Origin: a virus
Taxonomy: Duplodnaviria > Caudoviricetes
Strand: one strand, 5' to 3'
IMG/VR virus record: IMGVR_UViG_2896384573_000007
Coordinates: 4,318 to 68,317 of that record
DNA length: 64,000 nt
A program made the translations under genes and the position numbers. Shown piece after piece: positions 19,370 to 28,522 of this stretch (positions are counted from its first letter, which is position 1; every line of letters begins with the position of its first letter). The notes under the pieces are model-generated. The model saw only the letters and a list, made by a program, of their open reading frames with translations, was not told the DNA's origin and did not search any database.

Positions 19370-20811
19370 CCGCGCTCTCCATGGTAGCGATCAAAGGCCG
19401 GAGTGAGATCGATGGCGACGGCGCGGCCATCGTCGAGCACGAGCTTCAGCGTGAAGCCGTCACAGATGCCGCCCTTGACGCCGATCCCCGGTTTTCCCTG
19501 CGGGCCTCGCTCGCCCGGTCTCCCTTTGCTGCCCGCTCTGGCGGCGAGCATCCAGTCGTCACCCGGCAACGGCCCCGGAGCGTCGCGGCGGGCGATCCAT
19601 TCCGAACCGTCGAAGGCGACCCGGTCGAGCTTGCGGTAAATTCCCTTCGGATCGTAAAAGCCGCAGGCCTCGCCGCAACAGGCGTCGGCTCCCTTCATCG
19701 CAACGCAAGCCCAGTCGTCGTGCGGCGGGCGACGGGCGGTGTCGCGACGGGCGCAATAGGTCGAGCCGTCGCAATGGACCAGTTGGCCCTCGTGATGGAC
19801 AGCCTCCTCGGTCCAGTCCTGTGGCGGCGCGAATTTGCCCGGATCGCCTTTCTCGCCCTTGTCGCCCTTCGGACCTGCTGGTCCCGGTTCGCCGCGGAGC
19901 CCGCGCGGCCCTGTTTCCCCTTGTGGTCCAAGCTCGCCGCGCTCGCCGGGGTCTCCCTTGTCGCCACGTTCGCCTTTTTCACCGGGTGGTCCGCGCTCGC
20001 CGTCTTTACCCGGTGCGCCGTCGGCCCCATCTTTACCCGGCAGGCCGGGATCACCCTTGTCGCCGCGCTCGCCTTTTTCACCGGGTGGTCCGCGCTCGCC
20101 GTCTTTACCCGGTGCGCCGTCGGCCCCATCTTTACCCGGCAGGCCGGGATCACCCTTGTCGCCGCGCTCGCCTTTTTCACCGGGTGGTCCGCGCTCGCCG
20201 TCTTTACCCGGTGCGCCGTCGGCCCCATCTTTACCCGGCAGGCCGGGATCACCCTTGTCGCCGCGCTCGCCTTTTTCACCGGGTGGTCCGCGCTCGCCGT
20301 CTTTACCCGGTGCGCCGTCGGCCCCATCTTTACCCGGCAGGCCGGGATCACCCTTGTCGCCGCGCTCGCCTTTTTCACCGGGTGGTCCGCGCTCGCCGTC
20401 TTTACCCGGCGCGCCGTCGGCCCCATCTTTACCGGGCAGGCCGGGATCGCCCTGTTCGCCGCGCTCGCCCGGTTCGCCGCGAGCGCCGGCCGGTCCCGGT
20501 TCGCCCGGTGGGCCGGGATCACCCTGAAGTCCCGGCTCGCCTCTTTCGCCAGCTTCGCCGCGCTCTCCCGGTTCTCCCTTGTCGCCACGTTCGCCTTTTT
20601 CGCCGCGCTCGCCCTTTTCCCCCGGCGGTCCCGGCTTGCCGTCCTCGCCATCGCGGATCGCTGCAACGCGCTCGGAAAGATCGAGCACCATTGTCTTGTG
20701 CTCGGCGCGCATTTCGGCGATGGCGCGACCCACCATGTCGGCCAGCCGGTCACGCTCCTCGCGAAAGCGGCGACCGATATATTCCCCGAATTCCCTAAGC
20801 GGCGCGCTCAT
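19366..20811 (-). CDS. Collagen-like protein with long Gly-X-Y tract
   Basis: Likely start MSAPLREF at 20811 overlapping the portal end; continuous GXY repeats. Confidence 0.8.
   Translation of the reverse strand: MSAPLREFGEYIGRRFREERDRLADMVGRAIAEMRAEHKTMVLDLSERVAAIRDGEDGKPGPPGEKGERGEKGERGDKGEPGERGEAGERGEPGLQGDPGPPGEPGPAGARGEPGERGEQGDPGLPGKDGADGAPGKDGERGPPGEKGERGDKGDPGLPGKDGADGAPGKDGERGPPGEKGERGDKGDPGLPGKDGADGAPGKDGERGPPGEKGERGDKGDPGLPGKDGADGAPGKDGERGPPGEKGERGDKGDPGLPGKDGADGAPGKDGERGPPGEKGERGDKGDPGERGELGPQGETGPRGLRGEPGPAGPKGDKGEKGDPGKFAPPQDWTEEAVHHEGQLVHCDGSTYCARRDTARRPPHDDWACVAMKGADACCGEACGFYDPKGIYRKLDRVAFDGSEWIARRDAPGPLPGDDWMLAARAGSKGRPGERGPQGKPGIGVKGGICDGFTLKLVLDDGRAVAIDLTPAFDRYHGERG
19955..20449. 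repeat. Five tandem 99-bp (33-aa) coding repeats
   Basis: caggccgggatc recurs at 20041, 20140, 20239, 20338 and 20437; unit [33 protein letters not shown]. Confidence 0.95.
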
Positions 20812-22207
20812 GGTCGATACCCTCGAACCCGCCGACGAGTTCGGCGAGTTGCTTTTCGTCGGTTTCGCTTTCCTCCGGCGGTTCTGGCGCGGCAGGCGGC
20901 GCGGCGGGCGGCGCATCCGGGGCAGGCGTCGATGGTTGCGCCTGATTCCAGGCGGACAGCGGCACGACCTGTTGCTGGACGCGCGGCTCGTCGCCTGCCT
21001 CGGCATCCGGCAGGTCTTCCATGTTGCGTGCTTCGTTCGGCGAGTAGATGCCGGAGATGACGCCGCGCGCCAGCCCCTCGATCCGGTCCCGGTAAGCAAC
21101 GCGAAGAAGCGCATGCGTGTCAAATTCGACATACTCGTAAGGCCATCCTCTCAGCCCGAAGAAATGATCGAAGGCGGTCTCGATGTGGTTGATCGCAAAG
21201 CCCAATCCGCGCGCCAGCCAGAACTGCATCAGCGCCTCGGTCGAGGCGAAGGTCGCGCGCTCGGTAAGCCCGAGGATCGCTGGCGGCACGCCATAGACCA
21301 TGAAGATTTCGTCCTGCGTCATCTTCAGCGCGTTGGCGACCTCGGCCTCCTTGGCGCTCATGGCGATGCCATGGAATTTCAGGCCGTTGGTGAGAATAGG
21401 CGGGCCGCCGCCGAGATTATCGACGCCGCGCCATGCCTCATTCAGCCGCTCGCGCAGTTCACTCACCTGCGCCTTGGATAAATTGAGTTCGGTTTCGATC
21501 ACACCGGGCGGACGGCTCATGTTGGCGAAGAAATTGATCAGCTGCGCGCCGATGGCAGCCTGTGCGGTGACCGCCAGTTCGGCGTGGCGCAGCGGCGGGA
21601 TGCCGACGAGCGGCTCACCCTGCTTCGCTTCGAGCTTGATATGCAGCACGTCGCGGGCGGGAGCGACGCCGTAATCGATGGCGCGGCCTTGGCTTTCCAG
21701 GACGTTGTTGCCGCCGAGCTGGTAGAAGATATCGCCCTCGGCGGAGACCACCGGCTTTGACTGGTTGGGGTTGAACGGGTGCAGCGAATCGACCTCGAAG
21801 CGGCTGTTGCGCAAGCCGAGATGGTAGGTGTTGCCGGTGAGATAGAGGTCGCGCACCAGGTTCATGATGAAGTCCGAGCGCGACTGGTAATCGTTCGGCG
21901 ATCTCAGGATGCGCGACAGCGCCGAGGTGGTGACGCGCTCACGGCCACCATCCGGTAGCGCCCGCCAGTGGTCGCCGGGGCATTGCGCGATGGTTTGCGC
22001 GTAAGCCGCGACGCAGGCCTCGACGACCGCGCCCCGCGCGCCAGCGATGGGGTCGTAACCCATCTGCCAGTAATTCCAGTATTGTCCCCATGCGTGCGGC
22101 AGGACGCCGTCCGGGTTCATGACGATCCACGGCCCGTCGCGATATTCGCCCTCTCGCGCGACCGACCGCCGGAACGGTTTCAGCAATTGCTGAATCAGCC
22201 CCGGCAT
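20795..22207 (-). CDS. Portal protein (HK97 family)
   Basis: VEACV..YAQTIAQ, L.LTGN.Y, DVLHIK, GIPPL, YGVPP.ILG, SPNEAR motifs. Confidence 0.95.
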   Translation of the reverse strand: MPGLIQQLLKPFRRSVAREGEYRDGPWIVMNPDGVLPHAWGQYWNYWQMGYDPIAGARGAVVEACVAAYAQTIAQCPGDHWRALPDGGRERVTTSALSRILRSPNDYQSRSDFIMNLVRDLYLTGNTYHLGLRNSRFEVDSLHPFNPNQSKPVVSAEGDIFYQLGGNNVLESQGRAIDYGVAPARDVLHIKLEAKQGEPLVGIPPLRHAELAVTAQAAIGAQLINFFANMSRPPGVIETELNLSKAQVSELRERLNEAWRGVDNLGGGPPILTNGLKFHGIAMSAKEAEVANALKMTQDEIFMVYGVPPAILGLTERATFASTEALMQFWLARGLGFAINHIETAFDHFFGLRGWPYEYVEFDTHALLRVAYRDRIEGLARGVISGIYSPNEARNMEDLPDAEAGDEPRVQQQVVPLSAWNQAQPSTPAPDAPPAAPPAAPEPPEESETDEKQLAELVGGFEGIDHERAA

Positions 22208-22210
22208 GGA

Positions 22211-22513
22211 TCATTCTTTCGCTTCGCTCTGGCGGGTCTTGTAGGTGCCGCCCTTGTCCGGTTCCGGGCTTGCGGCCTTGGTTTTCTCTGCCTCGGGTTT
22301 GGCCTTCGTTTCCTCTTCGCCGCGCAATCTGCGCGCAGCCTTCTCTGCGGCCTTCGCCGCCTTTTCGACATCGATCTTTTTCGGCTCTGCGGCCAGACGG
22401 TAGGGATCGCGAGCCCAGCCATCGGCTATTGCCGACTTCGCGTCGGCTTCTTCGAGCGCGATGATGTGACCGGCATAAGGCCCGAAGAGTGCCTCGACGT
22501 GCTTTGTCGCCAT
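22211..22513 (-). CDS. Hypothetical head-region protein (100 aa)
   Basis: GGAGG RBS before ATG 22513; lies between capsid and portal genes. Confidence 0.6.
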   Translation of the reverse strand: MATKHVEALFGPYAGHIIALEEADAKSAIADGWARDPYRLAAEPKKIDVEKAAKAAEKAARRLRGEEETKAKPEAEKTKAASPEPDKGGTYKTRQSEAKE

Positions 22514-22583
22514 TGGTGGTTTCCTCCATAAAAGCACCGGGTGGCGCGACGGAGCCACCCGGCGAAGTTGGGGAGTTGATCCC

Positions 22584-24515
22584 TTACCAGGTCACGTTCT
22601 CGATCCATGCGACCATGCCGGAACGCCGCATCGCCCAATTCATGTCGAGCAGCATGCGGACGCCGATGGACGCGGTCTGCCAGAGCGAGCGAACCGGCGC
22701 GGCAACGGTGGCTGGCGTGCCAGGCGTGCCGATCGGCAGCGGGGTCGTGTCCTCTTCATGGATCGTCGCCTGATCGGAGACGTCGTATTCCGGCATGTCA
22801 CCTGTCGCCGAGGAGAAGTCGGCGGCATCGACGGCAATCACCGTATCGAGCGGGACCGTCGGCGAGACGATGAACCGCACGCCGAGACGGCGGCCTGCCT
22901 CGTCGGTCGAGCCGAACATGAATTCGCCCGTCGTGGTCTGCTGGAAGGCAATGGAGATTGCCTGCGACGGGTTGATCAGGATCGCGATGTTGCGCCCGCC
23001 ACGGTTGGAGGTGATAGCGGTCACCAGTGCCTTCAGGTCGGCGATCATCGCCAGCGCGTCGGCCTCGGCGGATGCCGGCAATGCGGCGACGCCGTTGAGC
23101 AGACCTGCGGGGCGGATGGTGGTCGCCGGATTCGCGTCGATCAGCGTTGCGTCGACCGTTGCGGCGGTGTCCTCGGCCATGGCCTCGCGGATGACGCCCT
23201 CGATTGCGGGTGTCGAATGCGCGGCCAGCTCGCGGGTGAACGTCGAGATGACGCCGAGTTTCTTCGGCGTCAGGGTGACCGAGGTGAAGCCCAGCCTGCG
23301 GACGGGGATCGGTTCGCCTTCACCCACCCATGCGCCGGAGACGTTCGGCGTCGCCGCGCGTGCGGGGATCTTGATCGAGCCGTTGCGGCCGAAGGTGAAG
23401 CGCGTGCCCATCCCCGACAGTGCCGGATAGATGGCATCGCGCGGCAGCAGATCGAGATAGTCGCCGATGGCCTGCTGCACCAGTTCCTGCGCCCACGTCG
23501 GAACGTCGGTCTTCGCCGGATTGACGGCGGCGCGGACCATGATCTGCACCGCCTCGTCGTGCGGGTAGATGGCCCGCAGGATGGTGTCCGGTGACTGCTT
23601 GTGGATGTGTGCCAGGAATTGCACGACCGCGCCCCGAATGAGCAGGTCGCGCGGCTGGGTCTTTTTCGCCGGGACGGCGTAGGGCCGCTTGTCGGGCAGG
23701 GAGGCCTGCTTCGTTTCCGGCTGCTGTTCGACGGTGCGGACGGCAATCGCCTGTTCGATCCGCTGGTCCCGTTCGAGCCCTGCCTCCAGATCGGCGATCT
23801 GGTCCGGCAGTTCGGCCATGAGAGCGGTCTGCTCGTCGTCCGGTTCGTCGATGTTCGACAGTTCGACGAGCTGATCCTTCATGGCGTTGATGCGTTTTTG
23901 CGCGTCCTCAATGCGCTTTGCGAGTTTTGACATGGTGGTATTCCCGGTCTTGTCGGGTTCGCGACGGGCGAGCTTGCCGGGTGAGGCTGCCGGGGCGGGC
24001 AGTGGCGCTCGGGCGATCTTGCCGCGCAACTGCTCACGGATATCGGCAGGAAGTTCGAAGGATTTTCCGACCTGGAGCGCGTTCGGATTCGCCGGGACGG
24101 CGACGAGCGAGCACTCGACGAGCTTGCTCTTCAGGTAGCGAAACGGTCCCCAGTCGGGATCGGCCTTGGCATCGAGGGGCTCGGCCTCCATCGGATAGAA
24201 GCCGACCGACACCGCGCGCAAGATCCGCTGCTGCACGAGGCGTCGTATCTCGTCGACGAGCCTGCTGGTGCCTTCAGCGGCGAGCCGCAAACGGCCAAGG
24301 AGCCGTCCCTTCTCGACGCGCACGTTTTCCCATTCGCCGACGATGGCGGACTGGTTGTGGTTGAAGAGGGCGATGGGGTTGTTCTTGAATTCGCCGAGAT
24401 CCCAGCCGTCCACCGCGATCACGTCGCCATAGCGGTCGACCGTCTCGTCGGAGAGAACGTATTCGAGCGGATCGTTCTCCGATTGCCGTGCGGTGCGGTA
24501 GATCAGGCCTTCCAT
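22584..24515 (-). CDS. Prohead protease (S78-like)-major capsid fusion protein
   Basis: N-terminal DRYGDVI, LFNH, VSVGF, ECSLVAVPANPNA; C-terminal HK97-fold WVGEG, LTPKKLGVI, VGVRM. Confidence 0.95.
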   Translation of the reverse strand: MEGLIYRTARQSENDPLEYVLSDETVDRYGDVIAVDGWDLGEFKNNPIALFNHNQSAIVGEWENVRVEKGRLLGRLRLAAEGTSRLVDEIRRLVQQRILRAVSVGFYPMEAEPLDAKADPDWGPFRYLKSKLVECSLVAVPANPNALQVGKSFELPADIREQLRGKIARAPLPAPAASPGKLARREPDKTGNTTMSKLAKRIEDAQKRINAMKDQLVELSNIDEPDDEQTALMAELPDQIADLEAGLERDQRIEQAIAVRTVEQQPETKQASLPDKRPYAVPAKKTQPRDLLIRGAVVQFLAHIHKQSPDTILRAIYPHDEAVQIMVRAAVNPAKTDVPTWAQELVQQAIGDYLDLLPRDAIYPALSGMGTRFTFGRNGSIKIPARAATPNVSGAWVGEGEPIPVRRLGFTSVTLTPKKLGVISTFTRELAAHSTPAIEGVIREAMAEDTAATVDATLIDANPATTIRPAGLLNGVAALPASAEADALAMIADLKALVTAITSNRGGRNIAILINPSQAISIAFQQTTTGEFMFGSTDEAGRRLGVRFIVSPTVPLDTVIAVDAADFSSATGDMPEYDVSDQATIHEEDTTPLPIGTPGTPATVAAPVRSLWQTASIGVRMLLDMNWAMRRSGMVAWIENVTW

Positions 24516-24519
24516 GGCA

Positions 24520-24542
24520 GCCAAGTCCTGAATTGACTTGGC
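24520..24542. promoter_or_regulatory. 8-bp inverted repeat over the capsid-gene RBS
   Basis: GCCAAGTC-N7-GACTTGGC; the minus-strand AGGA lies at the loop/stem junction 10 nt before ATG 24515. Confidence 0.6.
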
Positions 24543-24557
24543 CAGCCCATTTACACC

Positions 24558-24767
24558 TTAGCGGCGTAACATGTCCGTTACAGCAGCTCGGCGCGCCGCC
24601 AGCGATTTCAGCCGCACGACGGTTTCGTAAGAGGGGCGGGATGTCTCGCCGTTGGCGATCCGCCATACCGTCATGCGCGAGAGGCCCGTTTCGCGGGCGA
24701 TCTCGGAAGGCCCCATGCCTTGGCTTTCAAGCCCCGCGATGATGGCGGCGAATTCGTCGGCTGTCAT
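24558..24767 (-). CDS. XRE-type HTH regulator (69 aa)
   Basis: SEIARETGLSRMTVWRIANG..RPSYE HTH. Confidence 0.82.
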   Translation of the reverse strand: MTADEFAAIIAGLESQGMGPSEIARETGLSRMTVWRIANGETSRPSYETVVRLKSLAARRAAVTDMLRR

Positions 24768-24775
24768 AAACCCCG

Positions 24776-24784
24776 ATTATAGCA
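24776..24784 (-). promoter_or_regulatory. Extended -10 promoter (TGcTATAAT), near-leaderless, for the HTH gene
   Basis: Perfect TATAAT with TGn, 8 nt before ATG 24767. Confidence 0.6.
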
Positions 24785-24800
24785 GCGAAATCCTGTCAAG

Positions 24801-24828
24801 AACAAAAGGGGCAGCCTTGCGCCGCCCC
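24801..24828 (-). terminator. Intrinsic terminator ending the leftward small-gene operon
   Basis: GGGGCGGC-GCAAG-GCTGCCCC followed by TTTTGTT on the minus strand. Confidence 0.7.
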
Positions 24829-24870
24829 TCATGATATTTTTATAGCCTTCCTCCCTCTTGAATGCCCCGC

Positions 24871-25350
24871 CTATTCGCGGGGCCTTTTTAACGGCCAGTG
24901 CTCATCAACACCGCGACACGGTTCCAACGCCGGATCGCCCGAGGGCACGCCGTTGGCCTCGGCCATCTCGCGATAACTGCGATAGAGCGGCACGTCCGAG
25001 CGGACGCCGCGCGGGTCGTAGCGGCCCGCGATGATCGCCAGCCGGATCCCGAGATTGTGCTCGGCACCGCGCAAAAGAAAACCGGCACAAGTGGCCGGTT
25101 TTTCTTTTCCTGACATGTGGCAGGCGAAGGTGTTGTTCGCCATGTCGTAGGCGGTAGAGGCCGAGCGCCGGAAGGCCTCGGGCGGAAAGACGCCCGTCGG
25201 CAGATCGCTGCGCCATGGACATTGCTCGCACGGCTCGCGGCGATGCGCGAGTTTGTCGGCGTCGCTCGTCGTCAGCGATACCACCTGATGCTCGCCGTCG
25301 CCGCAATCGAAAACATCAGTTTGTTTTACCTTGCGCACCATTCGGCTCAT
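24871..25350 (-). CDS. DUF6283-like Cys/His protein
   Basis: PCEQCPWRSD...FACH...CAGFL...Y.SY.EM pattern. Confidence 0.7.
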   Translation of the reverse strand: MSRMVRKVKQTDVFDCGDGEHQVVSLTTSDADKLAHRREPCEQCPWRSDLPTGVFPPEAFRRSASTAYDMANNTFACHMSGKEKPATCAGFLLRGAEHNLGIRLAIIAGRYDPRGVRSDVPLYRSYREMAEANGVPSGDPALEPCRGVDEHWPLKRPRE

Positions 25351-25517
25351 CGCTCCAGTTTGACGCCATAGGCTTCTTCCAAGCCGCGAAGTGCCCTTTC
25401 GTGATCCCGCCAGATCTGGCCCTTCGCATAGGCCGCTCTATCGGCGCGATCCTGCGCGAAGAAATAGACGGCGATGGCGGCGACGATTACGGCGCATATG
25501 CAGATGATTACTTTCAT
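25347..25517 (-). CDS. Small protein with hydrophobic N-terminus (56 aa)
   Basis: MKVIICICAVIVAAIAVYFF; ATGA coupling at both ends. Confidence 0.55.
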   Translation of the reverse strand: MKVIICICAVIVAAIAVYFFAQDRADRAAYAKGQIWRDHERALRGLEEAYGVKLER

Positions 25518-25903
25518 GCTCGGCCCTCCGCCATGACCGCGAGGATCGACATCTCGGATTCGGTGAATGTCATCTCGATATCGCAGCCGTCGCTGGCGGC
25601 GTTGAAGATGACCTCGGCCTCGATGAAGTCCGCGCCGTCGTCGCCGCCGAAGGTGGCGCGTTTCGTGTCCCACCATTCGTCGAAGGGGAGCGTCTCGGGA
25701 TTACACTCGACGGCGTAGACCACGAAGGCCTTCTCGCCCTCCGGCAGGATGGCATTGTGCATCAGGTAGACGCCCTGATCGCCGACGACCCAGAAGCCTT
25801 GGCCGTTCTCTTGGCCCCACAGCGATTGGTGCCCGTTCGGCCATTTCGCGAAGGCGTCGTCGACCAGCTTTTTCAGGTCGGCGTTGGGGAAGGTGAGTTT
25901 CAT
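25514..25903 (-). CDS. DUF3085-like protein
   Basis: VVGDQGVYLM, YAVECNP, FGGDDGADFI motifs; GAGGA RBS. Confidence 0.65.
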   Translation of the reverse strand: MKLTFPNADLKKLVDDAFAKWPNGHQSLWGQENGQGFWVVGDQGVYLMHNAILPEGEKAFVVYAVECNPETLPFDEWWDTKRATFGGDDGADFIEAEVIFNAASDGCDIEMTFTESEMSILAVMAEGRA

Positions 25904-26052
25904 GATGGGTTGCTGTCCTCTGTGGTTGGGATTGGTGGTTCGGTCGTTTCCTCGGCGGCTTTCCGCTTCGCTCGGTGCCATCGCCATAGGGCGATCAGAG
26001 CGGCGGGCGGGAAGATCGCCCACAACACGATGAAGATGAAAAAGCGCTTCAT
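25900..26052 (-). CDS. Small membrane protein (50 aa)
   Basis: MKRFFIFIVLWAIFPPAALIALW; ATGA coupling. Confidence 0.5.
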   Translation of the reverse strand: MKRFFIFIVLWAIFPPAALIALWRWHRAKRKAAEETTEPPIPTTEDSNPS

Positions 26053-26270
26053 TTGTCCTCTGTTGGGATGGGTGGCTGGTATTTCGCCTCGACCAAAAAG
26101 CCGAGTGCCTGCGACCAGCGATAGGCGGCTTCCGAAGCCTCGGCCTCCGTTTTGAAACGCATGACGGTATTGCCGGTCATCCACCTGAACCGCTCCAGCT
26201 GCTCGATGCGTTCGGCAATCGGCACCGCCTTTCCGGCGCACCAGAGCGGTACGGTGACGATCCAGTTCAT
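26049..26270 (-). CDS. Hypothetical protein (73 aa)
   Basis: ATGA-coupled in the operon chain. Confidence 0.55.
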   Translation of the reverse strand: MNWIVTVPLWCAGKAVPIAERIEQLERFRWMTGNTVMRFKTEAEASEAAYRWSQALGFLVEAKYQPPIPTEDK

Positions 26271-26467
26271 GGGATTTCCCTTCTGCCGCTTTCGATTAGC
26301 CTCATGTGAAAGCTGCCGGTGCGACGCAGTTCCTTCGCAACGTCGTCCAGACTCTCGGCGAAACTCTCTTGTCCGTCGGCGCGCATCTGTGCGGCCAGTT
26401 CCTCGTATTTGCCTGCGTCATGGAGTAGTTGTCTCGCAATCCGCTTTGCAAGGTCATCTTTCTTCAT
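26267..26467 (-). CDS. Hypothetical protein (66 aa)
   Basis: ATGA-coupled in the operon chain. Confidence 0.55.
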   Translation of the reverse strand: MKKDDLAKRIARQLLHDAGKYEELAAQMRADGQESFAESLDDVAKELRRTGSFHMRLIESGRREIP

Positions 26468-26709
26468 GTGTTGCCCGCCTCGATGGAGTTTGCGTGCTTC
26501 TCGGTTTGTTCAAACTTGGCGAAGGCGATGCCGGTATCGCCGACCAGAAACAGTTGGCCGAAGCGGCTGGAGTCGACGATGCGGATGGCGTGGCCATTGA
26601 CGACCGAAACCGTCATCTCGTCGAAGTGGTCCTTGATGCGGCGATTATATTCATCGACGCCGACCTGTTCGATCAGCGCGAGGCGGGCTGCGGGATCATT
26701 CCAGTTCAT
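26464..26709 (-). CDS. Hypothetical protein (81 aa)
   Basis: GGAG RBS; ATGA-coupled downstream. Confidence 0.6.
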   Translation of the reverse strand: MNWNDPAARLALIEQVGVDEYNRRIKDHFDEMTVSVVNGHAIRIVDSSRFGQLFLVGDTGIAFAKFEQTEKHANSIEAGNT

Positions 26710-26753
26710 GTTTTGTACTCCGAATTAGTAATCCATATTTGGGCCAAACACTG

Positions 26754-27260
26754 TCACGACCGCTTTCCCTTCACAGGGTCGGCATTTCCATTAAGGAAGG
26801 GTGGGCCAAGCTCCCAAAGGCCGTTCTTGATAGCGGTTTCAACGGCGAAAGCCGCTGCTCCATCTGGCAGCATGGCAAATCTGTAACAGAGGTTCTCGTG
26901 GATATATCGGCGCACGAATGCATCCATCTGGTGACGACCTGATGCAATCGCGGCTATGTCCTCTTCGGACAAAGTTGGAAGCACAAACCTGTCGGCGACA
27001 TAGACGCAGAACTGATCACCGCTCCGTCGTCCGCTGGCGTGGCTTTGGAGGCGCGTGTAAAGACCGTGCGGTGTATTTCGACGGACTGTCTCCGCTGTTA
27101 TCCCCCGACCTGACATGCCCACATAGATAAAGCGGCCATCTTTATGCCAGATCGTGTATACGCCTGCGCCGAATGTCGGCAGGGCGCTGTTCGGCCAATC
27201 GGCAAATAAGTGAACGGGGCCGCAGGATAGATCGTGCGCAAGTTGGGCTGTCAGAGTCAT
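26754..27260 (-). CDS. GIY-YIG superfamily nuclease-like protein
   Basis: GVYTIW...FIYVGMS...TRLQSH...E...N pattern; ATG 27260 overlaps the upstream stop. Confidence 0.7.
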   Translation of the reverse strand: MTLTAQLAHDLSCGPVHLFADWPNSALPTFGAGVYTIWHKDGRFIYVGMSGRGITAETVRRNTPHGLYTRLQSHASGRRSGDQFCVYVADRFVLPTLSEEDIAAIASGRHQMDAFVRRYIHENLCYRFAMLPDGAAAFAVETAIKNGLWELGPPFLNGNADPVKGKRS

Positions 27261-27592
27261 TCCGGCACCACCAGACTTTTTTCGGCCATCTTCGTCAGCG
27301 GCTTGACCGGGTAGCGGGTAAGCATGCCGTTGTCCTGCCGCCAGCCTTTGAGGCGGATGCCTTGCGCGGCGAAACAGTCGGACGCGTCGTCGATCAGGCT
27401 GAATTGGTTCGAAGCGCCATAAGCCATGATCTGGTTCGCGTCGGAATCGCGCAAGCGCATCCGGCAGACCGCCTTGGCCTTCTCCAGCCGCATGGGCGTC
27501 AACTTCCCTTCCATCGCGGCGAATTCGGCTTTGCCCGTCATGCATCCGGCGAGCGGAAGGGCGGCGAGAACGCTGAGAATGATTTTCATCAT
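27257..27592 (-). CDS. Lipoprotein
   Basis: Signal peptide with LAGC lipobox. Confidence 0.7.
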   Translation of the reverse strand: MMKIILSVLAALPLAGCMTGKAEFAAMEGKLTPMRLEKAKAVCRMRLRDSDANQIMAYGASNQFSLIDDASDCFAAQGIRLKGWRQDNGMLTRYPVKPLTKMAEKSLVVPE

Positions 27593-27595
27593 CGG

Positions 27596-27898
27596 TTAGT
27601 TGCTTTCGATTTCAAATCCGCGCGAGCGGTAGTGGCGGCAGAGAAGGAAGGCCGCGAAGGGCGACACAATCACAATGTTCGCCATGGCCAGCATGAGTAG
27701 CGCCAATGGCCAGAAACCCATTGTGAGAGCGAGCAGGATCAAAAAAATTACCCAATGGACGAACAAGAGCGCGAAAAACGTCGGCCATGCGCCCTTCAGC
27801 AGGAAGTAGAACGGGCCTAGCAGCGCCGAGCCGAGGAATGCCGTGAAACCGCTTACCTTCCTGCGGTGCCCGTTATGGCGATTGACGAAAGTTGCCAT
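27596..27898 (-). CDS. Membrane protein (DUF2628-like)
   Basis: AFLGSALLGPFYFLLKGAW and several hydrophobic segments. Confidence 0.6.
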   Translation of the reverse strand: MATFVNRHNGHRRKVSGFTAFLGSALLGPFYFLLKGAWPTFFALLFVHWVIFLILLALTMGFWPLALLMLAMANIVIVSPFAAFLLCRHYRSRGFEIESN

Positions 27899-27907
27899 CT
27901 ATTTTCC

Positions 27908-28210
27908 CTAATTCAGCTGTGCCCCAGAGGCCAAAGCGGCGACGATGTCATTCCAGTCGTCGCTGTCGGCTATGGTGTCGAGATATTCCAGATGCTCGTT
28001 GAGGCGGTGCATGCGGAACCGCCTGCTCTCGGGGAATTCCCGTTCGCCGGGATCCGCATAGTCGATGAAGATCTGCAGGCGGCGCTGCTCGTCCAGAAAG
28101 GATGGGCAGATGTCGTTGTGCCAAGAGCTATCCACAAAGCCAGCCGGGATGGCTGGCAGCGTGGCCGGATCGAAGTCCGGAAATTCCTGCTGAAACAATG
28201 GGTTGGTCAT
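27908..28210 (-). CDS. Hypothetical phage protein (100 aa)
   Basis: F.DSSWHNDICPSF motif; ATGA coupling. Confidence 0.65.
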   Translation of the reverse strand: MTNPLFQQEFPDFDPATLPAIPAGFVDSSWHNDICPSFLDEQRRLQIFIDYADPGEREFPESRRFRMHRLNEHLEYLDTIADSDDWNDIVAALASGAQLN

Positions 28211-28425
28211 TTGTAGGTTTCCTTAAGCAGCTTGCGGGCGACAACGCCCATGTCGATGTAGGTAGCTTTCCCACCGCGAACGTCGCGCTCGACGGTCTTG
28301 CCCTCGGCAAGCCAGAGGCGCTCGTGCGGCGTGAAGAGTTCATCCATTTCGGCGGGAAGGTACTGGAGCACATGTTCCTGCGGGTGTTTGCCGCCGATCT
28401 CGGTATAAAGCAGGTAGGTGATCAT
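28207..28425 (-). CDS. Hypothetical protein, first gene of the leftward operon
   Basis: ATG 28425 within ORF 28207-28467. Confidence 0.5.
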   Translation of the reverse strand: MITYLLYTEIGGKHPQEHVLQYLPAEMDELFTPHERLWLAEGKTVERDVRGGKATYIDMGVVARKLLKETYK

Positions 28426-28450
28426 GGTCGTAATCGCGTTCTCGTTGGTG

Positions 28451-28469
28451 CCTTGCCCATCAGGCAAGG
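28451..28469. promoter_or_regulatory. Operator-like palindrome CCTTGCC-N5-GGCAAGG
   Basis: Perfect 7-bp arms in an AT-rich divergent intergenic region; same core as the switch-region sites. Confidence 0.55.
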
Positions 28470-28473
28470 TTCA

Positions 28474-28512
28474 TATATACAATCAGAGAGCGAGTTACAA
28501 CGATTGTATATA
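28474..28512. promoter_or_regulatory. 11-bp inverted repeat TATATACAATC-N17-GATTGTATATA
   Basis: Perfect arms ending 10 nt upstream of an RHH-like gene. Confidence 0.65.
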
Positions 28513-28522
28513 CGATTTAACG

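Noticed and set aside
19955-20449. Regular repeats as a possible CRISPR array
   Set aside because: Units are contiguous with no unique spacers, are in-frame coding, and no cas genes are present
19021-21060. Several long overlapping ORFs on both strands, suggesting overprinted genes
   Set aside because: Expected by-product of GC-rich Gly-X-Y repeats lacking stops; no RBS or protein-like composition
24776-24799. TTGACA and TATAAT as a classic sigma70 promoter
   Set aside because: Spacer is 12 bp, too short; kept only as an extended -10 call
24863-24889. GCCCCGC-N6-GCGGGGC-CTTTTT hairpin as terminator of the leftward operon
   Set aside because: Its T-tract is on the plus strand, opposite to the genes; could only stop antisense transcription, for which I see no evidence
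27257-27898. Lipoprotein plus membrane gene as an o-spanin/i-spanin pair
   Set aside because: The membrane protein is multi-pass without a periplasmic coiled coil, the lipoprotein is not Pro-rich, and both are far from the muramidase
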